A stretch of 64,000 bases of DNA from contig JBNJNM010000011.1 of NCBI GenBank assembly GCA_052426225.1, forward strand, positions 1 to 64,000, in the 5' to 3' direction. The DNA is from Zancudomyces culisetae HAW-14-8. Its lineage: Eukaryota; Fungi; Kickxellomycota. The position numbers were made by a program, and so were the translations under genes. Below are positions 48,186-61,606 of this stretch, one piece after another. The notes beneath the pieces were generated by a model, which ran no database searches, was not told the DNA's origin, and worked only from the letters and a program-made list of their open reading frames with translations. How positions within the stretch are numbered: the first letter of the stretch is position 1; every line of letters begins with the position of its first letter.

Positions 48186-51100
48186 TTAGTTGCTACAATT
48201 AGAAATGCTCTGGCAAGAGAATGTTGGGTTGAAAACTGATGCAGTGCCTTTGAATGGTGTCATAGCCAATGAAGTCATACTAAAGTTGGAAACCTTATAT
48301 GTGGACTTGAGCGCATTGTTGATAAATATTTGAAGCTGAGAGTTCTTGTAAACAATCTTGATGTCTTGCGAGTCGGCTCTTGTGAAAATATTGCTTCGTT
48401 TAACCAAAGCGTATTTACCCTTCTTGATGGAACTGACACCAGATGACAAACCAAATTGAGCTTCAACTACACCGTTCGGGCTGTAGAACCCGCTATCATT
48501 CATGAGCGCAACAAAGAAGTCAGTGGTAGCAGAGATGCTAGCAGTGAACTCAAAGTCACTTGTATCACATGGAATTGTAAGGGCCTGCTTGAAATCATAG
48601 TCTTTGTTCTTGTTTGTGGAAGATAAAATGATATTGGAGCCAACAGAAGCGGAATCACAGGTTGATGAGCTCGAACTGGTGGAGCTAGTTGATGAAGAAC
48701 CAGTTGATGGTTCAGATGAAATTGAGCTGGTTGATGAGGTTGAGCTGGTTGAGGTTGAGCTGGTTGATGGTTCAGATGAAGTTGAGCTGGTTGATGAAGT
48801 GGAGCTGGTTGATGAAGTTGAGCTGGTTGATGGCTCAGATGAGGTTGAGCTGGTTGATGAAGTGGAGCTGGTTGGTAAAGCTGAGCTGGTTGATGAAGTT
48901 GAGCTGGTTGATGAAGTTGAGCTGGTTGATGAAGCTGAGCTGGTTGATGGCTCAGATGGGGTTGAGCTGGTTGATGAAGTTGAGCTGGTTGAAGTGGAGC
49001 TGGTTGATGAAGTTGAGCTGGTTGAAGTGGAGCTGGTTGAAGTTGAGCTGGTTGATGAAGTTGAGCTGGTTGAAGTGGAGCTGGTTGAAGTTGAGCTAGT
49101 TGATGAAGTTGAGCTGGTTGATGAGGTTGAGCTAGTTGATGAAGTGGAGCTGGTTGATGAAGTTGAGCTGGTTGATGAAGTTGAGCTGGTTGAAGTTGAG
49201 CTGGTTGATGAAGTTGAGCTGGTTGAAGTGGAGCTGGTTGAAGTTGAGCTAGTTGATGAAGTTGAGCTGGTTGATGAGGTTGAGCTAGTTGATGAAGTGG
49301 AGCTGGTTGATGAAGTTGAGCTGGTTGAAGTTGAGCTGGTTGATGAGGTTGAGCTAGTTGATGAAGTGGAGCTGGTTGATGAAGTTGAGCTGGTTGAAGT
49401 TGAGCTGGTTGATGAAGCTGAGCTGGTTGATGGCTCAGATGGGGTTGAGCTGGTTGATGAAGTTGAGCTGGTTGATGAAGCTGAGCTGGTTGATGGCTCA
49501 GATGGGGTTGAGCTAGTTGATGAAGCTGAACTGGTTGATGGCTCAGATGGGGTTGAGCTGGTTGATGAGGTTGAGCTAGTTGATGAAGTGGAGCTGGTTG
49601 ATGAAGTTGAGCTGGTTGATGAAGTTGAGCTGGTTGAAGTGGAGCTGGTTGAAGTTGAGCTAGTTGATGAAGTTGAGCTGGTTGATGAGGTTGAGCTGGT
49701 TGATGAGGTTGAGCTAGTTGATGAAGTGGAGCTGGTTGATGAAGTTGAGCTGGTTGAAGTTGAGCTGGTTGATGAGGTTGAGCTAGTTGATGAAGTGGAG
49801 CTGGTTGATGAAGTGGAGCTGGTTGATGAAGTTGAGCTGGTTGATGAAGCTGAGCTGGTTGATGGCTCAGATGGGGTTGAGCTAGTTGATGAAGCTGAAC
49901 TGGTTGATGGCTCAGATGGGGTTGAGCTGGTTGATGAAGTTGAGCTGGTTGAAGTTGAGCTGGTTGAAGTTGAGCTGGTTGATGAAGCTGAGCTGGTTGA
50001 TGGCTCAGATGGGGTTGAGCTGGTTGATGAAGTTGAGCTGGTTGATGAAGCTGAGCTGGTTGATGGCTCAGATGGGGTTGAGCTAGTTGATGAAGCTGAA
50101 CTGGTTGATGGCTCAGATGGGGTTGAGCTGGTTGATGAAGTTGAGCTGGTTGAAGTGGAGCTGGTTGAAGTTGAGCTGGTTGATGAAGTTGAGCTGGTTG
50201 AAGTGGAGCTGGTTGAAGTTGAGCTAGTTGATGAAGTTGAGCTGGTTGATGAGGTTGAGCTAGTTGATGAAGTGGAGCTGGTTGATGAAGTTGAGCTGGT
50301 TGAAGTTGAGCTGGTTGATGAGGTTGAGCTAGTTGATGAAGTGGAGCTGGTTGATGAAGTGGAGCTGGTTGATGAAGTTGAGCTGGTTGATGAAGCTGAG
50401 CTGGTTGATGGCTCAGATGGGGTTGAGCTAGTTGATGAAGCTGAACTGGTTGATGGCTCAGATGGGGTTGAGCTGGTTGATGAAGTTGAGCTGGTTGAAG
50501 TGGAGCTGGTTGAAGTTGAGCTGGTTGATGAAGTTGAGCTGGTTGAAGTGGAGCTGGTTGAAGTTGAGCTGGTTGATGAAGTTGAGCTGGTTGAAGTTGA
50601 GCTGGTTGAAGTTGAGCTGGTTGATGAAGCTGAGCTGGTTGATGGCTCAGATGGGGTTGAGCTGGTTGATGAAGCTGAGCTGGTTGAAGTGGAGCTGGTT
50701 GAGGTTGAGCTGGTTGATGGTTCAGATGAGGTTGAGCTGGTTGATGAAGTGAAGCTGGTTGGTAAAGCTGAGCTGGTTGATGAAGTTGAACTGGCAGTTG
50801 ATGATGAATTTGCACAGATAGAATCGTTACAGTTATAAACTACATTTTGGATTTTTGCCGAATCCTTCTCAGCTCCAAATGCAAGCCATACGTTTGGTGA
50901 GTTTGTAAATGTACCTACATCATAATCAGTTGGCAAAAGTGTCAAAACTGGCGTGCTGCTTCCTACTAACCCAATACTGACTCCTGAACTGTTGACTTGA
51001 ATATATACTTTTTGGGTATCTGATGCTCCTGACATAACATCTTCTTCTTTGGAGTATACCGAAGTTCCAATGTACCACGAACCAGTGTTTACACCAACTA

Positions 51101-51407
51101 CACCCTCAACTACATCACTACCAGTGAGCAAAGATTTTTGAGCACTGATTGCAAAGTATATATCTGAAGTCTGATCAACATCAAATGTAACAAGGTAATC
51201 TTGCGATGGGCATGAAAGATCAATAGCATCGTCCCAACTGTAGCTTACAACTGGATTATCGCCGGATCCTTGTACAATTTCAATTTGACTTAAAGAGTCG
51301 GAACAGTTAACTCGCTCATTGTTTGTTGTGGTTGATCCGCCTAATATTGGTGAAAGTAAGTTGGTTAGTACTAATGAGAATAATGCTGTATATGTACTCG
51401 GCCTCAT
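48186..51407 (-). CDS. Secreted mucin-like protein: globular domain, ~720-aa Ser/Thr stalk, related globular domain
   Basis: Signal peptide; (SST)n/TPSEPS repeats; the terminal domains align with each other; no TM or GPI-like tail. Confidence 0.92.
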   Translation of the reverse strand: MRPSTYTALFSLVLTNLLSPILGGSTTTNNERVNCSDSLSQIEIVQGSGDNPVVSYSWDDAIDLSCPSQDYLVTFDVDQTSDIYFAISAQKSLLTGSDVVEGVVGVNTGSWYIGTSVYSKEEDVMSGASDTQKVYIQVNSSGVSIGLVGSSTPVLTLLPTDYDVGTFTNSPNVWLAFGAEKDSAKIQNVVYNCNDSICANSSSTASSTSSTSSALPTSFTSSTSSTSSEPSTSSTSTSSTSTSSASSTSSTPSEPSTSSASSTSSTSTSSTSTSSTSSTSSTSTSSTSTSSTSSTSSTSTSSTSTSSTSSTSSTPSEPSTSSASSTSSTPSEPSTSSASSTSSTSSTSSTSSTSSTSSTSSTSSTSSTSTSSTSSTSSTSSTSSTSSTSSTSSTSSTSTSSTSTSSTSSTSSTSTSSTSTSSTSSTSSTPSEPSTSSASSTSSTPSEPSTSSASSTSSTSSTSSTPSEPSTSSASSTSSTSTSSTSTSSTSSTSSTPSEPSTSSASSTSSTPSEPSTSSASSTSSTSSTSSTSSTSSTSSTSSTSSTSSTSTSSTSSTSSTSSTSSTSSTSSTSSTSSTSSTSSTSTSSTSTSSTSSTSSTSSTSSTSSTSSTSSTSSTPSEPSTSSASSTSSTPSEPSTSSASSTSSTSSTSSTPSEPSTSSASSTSSTSTSSTSSTSSTSSTSSTSSTSSTSTSSTSSTSSTSSTSSTSSTSSTSSTSSTSTSSTSTSSTSSTSSTSTSSTSSTSSTSSTSSTSSTSSTSSTSSTSSTSSTSTSSTSTSSTSSTSSTSTSSTSTSSTSSTSSTSTSSTSSTSSTPSEPSTSSASSTSSTSSTSSTSSTSSALPTSSTSSTSSTSSEPSTSSTSSTSSTSSTSSTSSEPSTSSTSTSSTSSTSSISSEPSTGSSSTSSTSSSSSTCDSASVGSNIILSSTNKNKDYDFKQALTIPCDTSDFEFTASISATTDFFVALMNDSGFYSPNGVVEAQFGLSSGVSSIKKGKYALVKRSNIFTRADSQDIKIVYKNSQLQIFINNALKSTYKVSNFSMTSLAMTPFKGTASVFNPTFSCQSISNCSN
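48660..50810. repeat. Coding tandem repeat (15/18-bp units with higher-order blocks) of the Ser/Thr stalk
   Basis: GTTGAGCTGGTTGATGAA units and GATGGCTCAGATGGG variants. Confidence 0.97.
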
Positions 51408-52802
51408 TTTTATGTTATCCCTTTTTATTTTATTTGAACTCTATAACTGTGCCTATATGCGGTGTATTTATTGATGACTATGAATTGTGATTGTGTATAT
51501 CTATATATTGTGTTTGTTTATATACAAATCCGCTCAGCTTTTTTTTCGGCCATGCACTTTTTATGCTACTGCATTTAATGATAATTTTTCTATGTAAATT
51601 AGCTATAATATTTATAAATCATAGCCTTTTTGTTTATTTGGATTTCACCTCTTCTATTTTTAGTTTAGAGAAAACCAATTATGAAAAGAGCCATCATTTA
51701 GGATGGAAATGAGAGAGTAATCGATTACAATTAAAGTTCTACGACAATTTTATCATGACATTTCAAATTCGACCTTTTTATATTTTACTTTGATCAGAGA
51801 ATATAATAACAGGATCAAATTGGAAATAAATGTTCAACAGTCATAATCTACTAACAACAAAATGTATTCGGGTTTATATCTTAATGCTGATTAAAGTATT
51901 TTTAGTTCTGGGGTAATGAATCAACACCGCTTCAAAATACTAATATTTTACAACAATTGTTTCAACACTTGGTAGGCATATCCCTACCTAGTAAAATAGT
52001 GATGCCAGGCCAAGAATAATAACTCATTCGTTTTCCCCTGGTAGTCTTTAAACGCAGATGCGTATATACATTCAATTACATAGGGGTTTTGCATTCAAAC
52101 ATATAACTACAGGGTCACGATTATTTTTAAACATATTAACATCTACTTATTTTATTCAAGAATCCATTTCTCAACTGAAGTTACTTACTAACCCCAACTA
52201 GCGATAATATATAACTGTTATTTGGTAGGTTAAACAAAAATGGAATTTTGGGATGGGACTGCACATAATAGTAGCGTTACGGGTTATAGAACTTGATCTA
52301 TTTTTGGTTGCTAAAAACCACTATTTAAATATTTAGTAATAAATGATATTCAGAACCAACAAACTTGTAAAAGAATTGGTGGGCTTTTCATACACCCGAG
52401 TTGTAATAATTGAGAAAAGGATTATATAAACACAAGTCTTTAAATTTTGCTTTAAACAGCCTTAGTCCTCCCACATCTAGAATTCATTCGAAAAGATTTG
52501 ATAATGGTTGCATAACTATATCGAGTTTAATGCCAAATTACGGCTATAAGGATTTTTCTTACAAGTAATTTGGCTTTTCCAGCAAATAGCTACTAATCTG
52601 TAAGTTCAAGGTATCCAATGTCTAATTTAATATTAGATAAATCTGCCCGTAAACTCCTCAGAATTATTTAGCGAATAAATTATTACCCATTGAGATTGAT
52701 AATAGTGGTAAATTTATTAATAGATAAAATTTTTTGCATATTCAGCAAATAAAAACATATGAGCACAAACAGATGACAAAAATGGAGAACAATAAACCTG
52801 AA

Positions 52803-54985
52803 TCAAAGAGTATCGGATTCGCGGCCAATAACTAAAAGTCCCGGTCGTGCAGGAGCTAGAGAGGTGACGCTCGGATTTCCATTTACATATATTGTAGATA
52901 AGCTAGGGCAATTAGAGAGGAGAGTGGAGATAGCAGAGTCATCAGTAGACCTTACAAATGAAAGGTTTAGTGTGTGTAGGTTTTTGCATGTTGGAAGAGT
53001 AACTGTCAATGGTGTTTTGAGTTGAGAGCTGTTTGTGCCTGTGTTATTTGTATCTTTGCTACTATTATTATCCTCGTCTGTGCTGGAGATAAAGGTACCA
53101 GAAAAGGCAGAAAGGCCATTGTTAGTTAAAAATTGATCTGCAGAGTGTAGACTCAAATATTGCAGAGTAGATCCAGAATGCCTGAGAATGGAAATTAAAG
53201 CTTTGTCATCAAGATCGTAAACTCCACCCAAATCCAAATGAACCAGTGAAAAACTGCTTGATTCGTTTTTCCCAGCAGAGTCAAAAAATGTCGATAACCC
53301 AGCTCCAGTTACGCTCGTGTTTTTCAGGCTGAGAGACGTGAGAGAAGTGCAGTGTGTTAGAATTCCTTCCAGTAGAACGTCGTCATTGACCAAGGAGTGG
53401 CAATTAGACAAATCCAAATCAGTGATTGTTGGGCCCAACTTCTGTAGCAATTGGATCAGTGAGGCTGGGTTGATGTGCTGATGGAGCTGGATATCACTAA
53501 GCTTCAACTTAGTTAAGGACGACATCCCATGTCTTACTAATATATCAATACAACTTTCATCAAAACGATGACACTGGGTTAGTTCGAGCTCCACTAGGGA
53601 TTTACCACAACTTTTCACCATCTCCTCCACTGCCTCAAGCCCAAACTGTGCTGCTGAAACTCTAACCTTTTTCAGACTTGACTTCAATTTTGAAAATAAA
53701 ATCCCAAACGCCTTATCACTGACCAGATAAGGTCCGTGAAGTGTAAGTTCAACTAGATCATGAAGCCTATCAGCGTAAAACTCGACAACCTGGTCTCTCA
53801 TTTGCCCACAAAACTGCAGATCTAGCTTTGTCAGATACGGGCAAAATTGTGCGATATTCAGTAACCCATTCGCATCTATTTTTGTGCAGTCATACAACAC
53901 TAGGTCCGTTCTTTGTTCCTGCGTTGGTGTTAAAAAGAGCTGAAGTGTGTCGTTATCCAAAAGCCGGTATTTACTAATAATCCTACACACTTTATTCATG
54001 GCATCTGAAGAGATATCTCCAAATGAAGTGACATCCTTTATATGTTTCCCAATTACTCGAACACATAAATCCTGCAAACTGGGAATACCCAAATCTATCT
54101 CTAATAACCCGTCTTCAGTTTTCACCACCTTCTTTTTCCGCGTTGTCTTTTTCATTCCAGTTCCGTTGTTCATCTTTGCTGTATTTGTGGCTGCTCTTAC
54201 ATTTTTTCTAAGCTGTGACACAGAACTGACTGACACGCCTTGCTTTTTTAACTCGCGATTTTGTTTCGCTTGTTCATATTTTTTCATGTACTTGTCACAG
54301 GTTGGACATAGTATCCTTCCTTTACCATTATCATCCATTGACCCTTCCCGTACCAAGAATTTAGCTTTACACATTGAACAATACTCAACGCGACCACCCT
54401 TTCTCGCTGAACTGGCGTTCAACCCTTCATTATCTCTGTTTGAGGATTCAATTCCAAGTCTTTTCTTTCTTTTGTTTCCTTCCACATCGCTTTCGTAGTC
54501 TTTTCCCTTGGATTTGCTCCCCTTTAGATCAATCTTGATTTTCTTGTTTTTACTTTTACTGTTGCTACTACGGGTTACTCTCTTTCCAATACTTGACTCC
54601 TCTAAATCCTCTTCACCACTGGTTTCCCCACTTTCAATGACATTTTGCTCCTGGTCTTCCTCCCCCTCGCTCTCATTGTTACTTTCTTGTACCTGTTGGA
54701 TTTCTTCATTTTGACCTTCGTCTCCTTCTTCCAAAACGTCATTATTTGCTTGAAACCTTTCTCGAATGCTTTCATTTGTGATTCCCTGCTCCTATTTTAT
54801 TTTAATACAAACACATATTTGATAAATTCAATTATTCTTACATACACACAAAAATATAGAAAACATCATACCCACCCCCCCCCCTTTACAAGTATATGAA
54901 GGGTATTCTAAAAGAAAACTATAAAATATACCTTTAAAAAGCTAGTAAGTGCGGATCTTGGTCCAAATACTCGGTTTCTCTTCAT
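52803..54985 (-). CDS. RAD7: Rad7/Rhp7-like LRR nucleotide-excision-repair protein (exons 54985-54932, 54791-52803)
   Basis: N-terminal GPRSALTSFL, C4 zinc motif, PSLQDLC, LRRs, C-terminal LVIGRE. Confidence 0.88.
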
Positions 54986-55437
54986 TTTTGTCCTTTTTAT
55001 AGTTATTAGTTACTTGAATTAAATGTTTATTTCGATACTTCCCCCTGTTTGTTTTCTTAAAAACTAAAACCAAGTTTTTTATTAACTATTAGTTTTTTTG
55101 TATTTTTGAAGAATAAAATGATTTTTGAAAAAATAAAAAAAAAGCTAGGTATATATGCCTGGGGAATTGATCCCTTTCCACTCACTTTCATTCACTTGGT
55201 AATGCCAACTAGTTTACTAGTGCATTTTTCGAGTGAATTATTTCCAGAATTTGTCAACTATTCACCGTAAAACAGATCACCCTCCAATTCCGCAGCAAAA
55301 CTTTCAAATGCCTTAGCTCTAAAAACATGTCAATAAACAATTTAATGTTCAATACTTTAATACTTCACTTTATTAATATAATAACACTAAAAACTATCAA
55401 CTGAATAAAACTCATTAGAAACACTGTTTATATTTTA

Positions 55438-56784
55438 TCAATTATTTTTCGACTCATTAAACCTCTTGAGTCTATCCTTGGCCAAAATATCAATAATAAA
55501 TGAACTTATCCCTCTAGCCTCGGTCAATCTGTGTTGGAAAAACTCCTTGGTTTCGTTAAATCTCTTTTCATACCCGTCAAAGCTACGTAGGTTAATACAT
55601 TGTTCCCATCCCAGTACCGACGCAAAAAACACAAGATCCTCAGCTTGTGTGTATTTATCGTTCAGCGCAGCGTTTATACTTTCATTCAAAAGATCGTCGT
55701 TGCAGAATAAGTATTCGATAATTCCCAACCACAGTCGAAATGGAGGTGTCTGACAAACTAAATGTTCATATGGATCAATATTCATCTGGTACCAACAAAC
55801 CGCTGTTGCAAGGAGCGATAGGTGTGAGTTTGGGATAGGCCCATCAATTTTGGCTTCCTTGGGCATTGCCAGTTTATCTATCACAGAATCCAATAGCAGC
55901 AAAATCCGTTTTTGAGGATCTTTTTTCGCTCGTTCAAAAATAGTTTTCTTGGTTGCCATAATAAGCTCTGTAAATTTCTCCTTCTGTCCCCCAACCATCA
56001 TTTTATAAAGCATCGTAATAGCATCGACATAGCTGTTAAGTTGTGGCTTTGCCATTGGGTTCATGATTGCCAGCCCAGAATATACATGTGATTTACTTCC
56101 ATATATATGGAGCGCTATGCTTATTTTTACATTATCTACAAAGTGGTTGAACTGTGGGTTATCCCAAGGATAGCTTTTTTGGGTTTTCCATGCGGTTCCC
56201 AGACTTAGATAACATATATGTGTTAAAGTTTGTGTGTTTGCAGTAAACTTATCGTGCTCCTCGGGTGATATAAATAACATTTCTGACTCTAAGCATTCCA
56301 AGATCTTTACTGCCTGTTGATACTTTTCTTCGGTACTTCTGCACCTTATTACTGCCAGTGTTTGACCTGTTGTATCTGCTGTTGGTCCGTGAAGTGAATG
56401 CATAGTTACTATGTTCACGTCGGCTGGTAAGTGTTCATAAAATGCCTCGACTTCAGGCGATTTAACTGAGGTTTGCCCACCTACAATTGCGCCTACTTTT
56501 GTTGATTTTCCATACTGTTTGACTACGTTATTTATGTTGGGTGCTTCTACCGAGTATATTATATAATCCGATCTCCTGGAAACCTCGTAACCATCCTTTA
56601 GTGCATATATTTTCCCTTTTAGCTCATATTTTGATTCTATTTCGCCAATAGTATCCAACAAACGTTGGTAGTTTGCTGGTAAATCGCAAATATTGACTCT
56701 ATACCCCGCTATTGCGAATTTTCTGGCATATAAAAATCCCATATCACCTGCGCCTATTATTCCTATTTCTAAACTTTCCGCCAT
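55438..56784 (-). CDS. TYR1: Prephenate dehydrogenase (fungal type)
   Basis: IGIIGAGDMG, YSVEA, GGQTSVK, HSLHGP, EHD..TANTQ, PNSHLSLL, CQTPPFRLWLGI. Confidence 0.96.
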   Translation of the reverse strand: MAESLEIGIIGAGDMGFLYARKFAIAGYRVNICDLPANYQRLLDTIGEIESKYELKGKIYALKDGYEVSRRSDYIIYSVEAPNINNVVKQYGKSTKVGAIVGGQTSVKSPEVEAFYEHLPADVNIVTMHSLHGPTADTTGQTLAVIRCRSTEEKYQQAVKILECLESEMLFISPEEHDKFTANTQTLTHICYLSLGTAWKTQKSYPWDNPQFNHFVDNVKISIALHIYGSKSHVYSGLAIMNPMAKPQLNSYVDAITMLYKMMVGGQKEKFTELIMATKKTIFERAKKDPQKRILLLLDSVIDKLAMPKEAKIDGPIPNSHLSLLATAVCWYQMNIDPYEHLVCQTPPFRLWLGIIEYLFCNDDLLNESINAALNDKYTQAEDLVFFASVLGWEQCINLRSFDGYEKRFNETKEFFQHRLTEARGISSFIIDILAKDRLKRFNESKNN

Positions 56785-57139
56785 CCTTTTACTTTATCGA
56801 AATTTTAGCAGTAGCGTGTTGAGTTGGATATTTATTTTTAAATTTCAATCTTGAAAAGTTATACATAACTAAAAATAGTATTTAGTGATTTACAAGCATA
56901 TCACCTTATTTACCACAATTGTTGTAAATTAGTCACGAAATTCAAAATCAGTCAAAAAAAAATTCGCTAAAAAGCATGATTAATGAGGAAGGGAGGGGTG
57001 AAATCTATTCCACTTTTCAAATCGATCCAGTTATTTATTTTTCATTTTTTTTATTACCACATATTTTACTTGTAGGCTTAAGCTAGAACTTTTCCAATTG
57101 TTTTGAGCAATCAGTCCAACAGTAGAATAATTTGTAGAG

Positions 57140-58037
<898 letters not shown>

Positions 58038-58436
58038 TTTTATGTTGTTACTTTTGTATAATTTAGATTTTTGTACTGATTATTTCGCTCTTGTGACTAA
58101 AAAATGATATGACTCCTCAGTGTTCAATTCATTTTTGTACTATGTCTAGAGTGGTTGTGGTTCAGTCGGCTTTTATTTTTTTTATTTTATGCGGTATTAA
58201 GCGTTTAATTAACTGGTTAGTTACTAACGGCTGATAATAGAAATGAAATAAAATAAAATAAAATGAGTCAATAAAATTACAAACCAACTCATAATTCAAA
58301 TTTAATTTACATTTTTTAATAAATCGAAAAAAAAAAAGTTTTGTTTATTGATAAAAGCGTTACCTACAAACATATAACCTCATAGATTGAATTCAACAAA
58401 CCAAAAAGGAAAAAGAAAAGACCGGGACAAAGCAAA

Positions 58437-59776
58437 ATGAGCTCATTTGGAACCATTTATAAAGTTAGCACATTTGGCGAGTCACACTGCAAGGCTGTAG
58501 GCTGTATAGTCGATGGTTGCCCACCAGGAATGGCACTGCAAGCTGAAGATATTCAAAAGCAGTTAGATCGTAGAAGACCTGGGCAAAACTTTCTCACAAC
58601 ACCAGTAAGTATACTTGAATTTTTATCACTTAGCCAGCAATATATGTTTAATAAGTGAAAACCAATTAAAACACACTGAATAGCGTTCGGAAACAGACAC
58701 AGTAACAATCTTGTCGGGAACAGAAAAGGGGTACACCCTAGGGACACCAATAGGGTTAATGGTCCCAAACAAAGACCAGAGACCTGGGGATTATAGCGAA
58801 ACCGACTTGTATCCACGACCTTCGCACGCGGACTGGACCTACTTGAAGAAGTACGGCATAAAAGCATCTTCAGGAGGAGGACGATCAAGTGCGCGCGAAA
58901 CAATCGGGCGTGTTGCAGCTGCGGCAATTGCAGAGAAATACATGAGCCTTGCTCATGGAATAGAGATAGTAGCATTTGTTAGTGCAGTAGGCAAAGTAAA
59001 AATGCCATTCCTCAAGGACGATGGTAAAAATGAGCAGAGGGATTTGCTGCTGAGCGAAATCACCCGTGAAAAAGTAGATGTTTTTCCTACAAGATGTCCA
59101 GATTCTGAAACTAGCAAGCTAATCGAAGAGGAAATCGCTAAAAAGAAAGAGGAGATGGATTCTGTTGGTGGCATTATTACATGTGTTGTGCGCAACTGTC
59201 CACCTGGTTTGGGTGAACCATGTTTTGACAAGCTTGAGGCAAAATTGGCTCATGCAATGCTATCTATTCCAGCAACCAAAGGGTTTGAAATAGGTTCTGG
59301 TTTCCACGGAGCTGAAATGAGCGGAAGTGTTCATAACGATCCATTTGCTTTTTCAGGAGAGCGTGAATTACAAACAACCAAAAACGACTCTGGAGGTATT
59401 CAAGGCGGAATCTCGAACGGTGAAACAATATATTTTAATGTTGCCTTCAAGCCTGCTGCAACAATATCTTTGGCACAAAAGACCGCTAAATATGATGGGG
59501 AAGATGGTGTTTTGGCAGCTAGAGGAAGACACGATCCATGTGTAGCAATTCGTGCAGTTCCAATTGTTGAGTCCATGGCTGCATTGGTCATTATGGAGTA
59601 AGTCCTTTATATTTTTTTTTTCGTGTATGAATATCGATGATTTATTTATTCGACTAAACTATGAATATATTACTAAAGTATATTAATATAAAATCAATAG
59701 TGCGTTGATGCTCCAAAACGCAAGACAATCCTCCTCTTCCATCTTTTTTTCTGAAAAAAATATGCATGCTCGTTAA
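58437..59776 (+). CDS. ARO2: Chorismate synthase (exons 58437-58604, 58684-59597, 59701-59776)
   Basis: [50 protein letters not shown]. Confidence 0.98.
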
Positions 59777-59885
59777 ATAAGATTTATTTAAAGTTTCATG
59801 TTATATTTGTTTTTTATCATTTTTTTTTCCAGAACTTTCCCCATGTTTGTTAATCTGACTCTTTTTTTTTAGCGAAAAATGCCTT

Positions 59886-61606
59886 TTACTTTGAAAAAAC
59901 TAAGGACTTCAAAAAAATATCAATTCTTTGGTACCCATAAGCTAAATAATCAAAATCTATGGTACTGTTACAAGCCTGTAATAATCCCCAAAGTCCCCAT
60001 TGCAAATGGATTAATGGAACTAGATCCATCACTTTTTGGTCCAATGCCTCCACCCGTTCATTAGTCGTTTTTTTCACTGCGTTCGTACTGCTACTAGGCG
60101 ACTCTATTATTTTTTTCTCTTCAAAGCTTAATCTTATGACATTGTTTAGCTTGATATATTTTTTTATAAACTCCACTCTTTGTTCTTTTGTTGGGAATAG
60201 ACTCTGGTCCAAACGGTGTGGTGTTTCGCTACTGTAGTTGGCCATCCATTCTGTAAAATGATTCGCAATATCTGCTGCACGGTAGTTATGTCCTGAATAC
60301 TCAAAGTCCACTACCATTAGGTCCTTTGTTTTTTCCAACTCCAAGATATTTCCGTACTGTAAGTCATTATGAGCAAGCACCACTTCATCTCTCAATATAG
60401 CTTTTGTGTATGTTTCAGTGATTTTTCTTTTGTATTCTTGATACTTGGATATTATTTGGTCAAACTCGGGTCCATCCATTATGTTCTTTTCAACCTCTTT
60501 GTTACCATTCATAAGCTCCATTATCACCTGCTTCTTCCCCTCAACAAGTTTGATCCAACTATCTATATTTGCCCATATTGCCAGCTCATTCTGGTCCACT
60601 CGCTCATCCACCAATTCGCCCTCGACTAAATGGAAATTTTCTTTCTTTGGTTTTGGAATGAACTTCACCAAGTTGTGTAACTCACACATCCGCTCTGCTA
60701 TTTTTCCGCTTGTTTGCTCGTCTCTCAAATCCAAGAATCCCAGAGTTCTGCTCTTCAAGAATTCCTCCAGTCTTCCATTTCCAAATGCACCAAATACACG
60801 CGCTCCTATTCCCAGTTCTCCCAATTTTTTCATCCAGTATAGCTCCTTTTTTCTTTCTATTATTTCGTCCACACCACTTCCGTATATCCTCAGTAGGTAT
60901 GTTTGAGGTAATAAAACAGTAGGTTTTAGTGTACCTGACCCTGTTACATTCTCCAATAGCGGTGGTAGTCTGTGCGTTGAACTTATGTGCACCATCCTGT
61001 TCAGTTTTACCAAATATACAAGGTTAGTGAGTGCACTACTAATCCTGGTAAGTTGAATCTGATCTTCACTTATAAGTGCTGCTGGAAACAGTATCTTGTT
61101 CATTACACCTGCTACCTTTTCTCTCAGTTCTTTTTCCTTGGATATTTCGCTAATTATTAATCAAGTATAACCGAATCGATATTAATTCATTGGCCTACCA
61201 AATGATGGAATTTGTATTTGTCTCAAACCTTCGTATATAAATTTATTGAGATTGTAAGCTTGAAAATTTCTTACCTCACTTCAATTACATCAGGAATGCT
61301 TGCTGGTTCCTTAAAAAATAGGTCCAACTCATCCATCTTTACGTGTTGCTCATTTAGCATAGATGCCGTCCCAATATCCTTTCCTGGCGATAACTTTTTC
61401 TCTCTCTTTTCGAGGTACATCTTTTGCTGGTGCATTTCGACCTCTTCGTCTTCTTCATTTTCCACTTGCTCAGCTACATTTACCTCTTCTTTTTTTTCTT
61501 TAGAGATTTTTCTGGCTTTGTACCTCATTACTATCTCAAAGTACCCTGGCCACTTTACTTTTTTTTTTGAATCAAATACACTCTTTCCCAAGCTTAGTTC
61601 ATCCAT
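59886..61606 (-). CDS. Choline/ethanolamine kinase (probable intron 61150-61274)
   Basis: SALTNLVY, LLRIYG, FGNGRLEEF, HNDLQYGNIL, VDFEYS, DIANHF.EW, WGLWG, DFDYLAY. Confidence 0.93.

Noticed and set aside
48500-50838. Long alternative-frame ORFs (771-aa HQPAQL on minus, 744-aa ELVDEV on plus, short LSWLMK ORFs)
   Set aside because: Stop-free by-products of the Ser/Thr tandem repeat; only the 1073-aa frame has a signal peptide and unique terminal domains.
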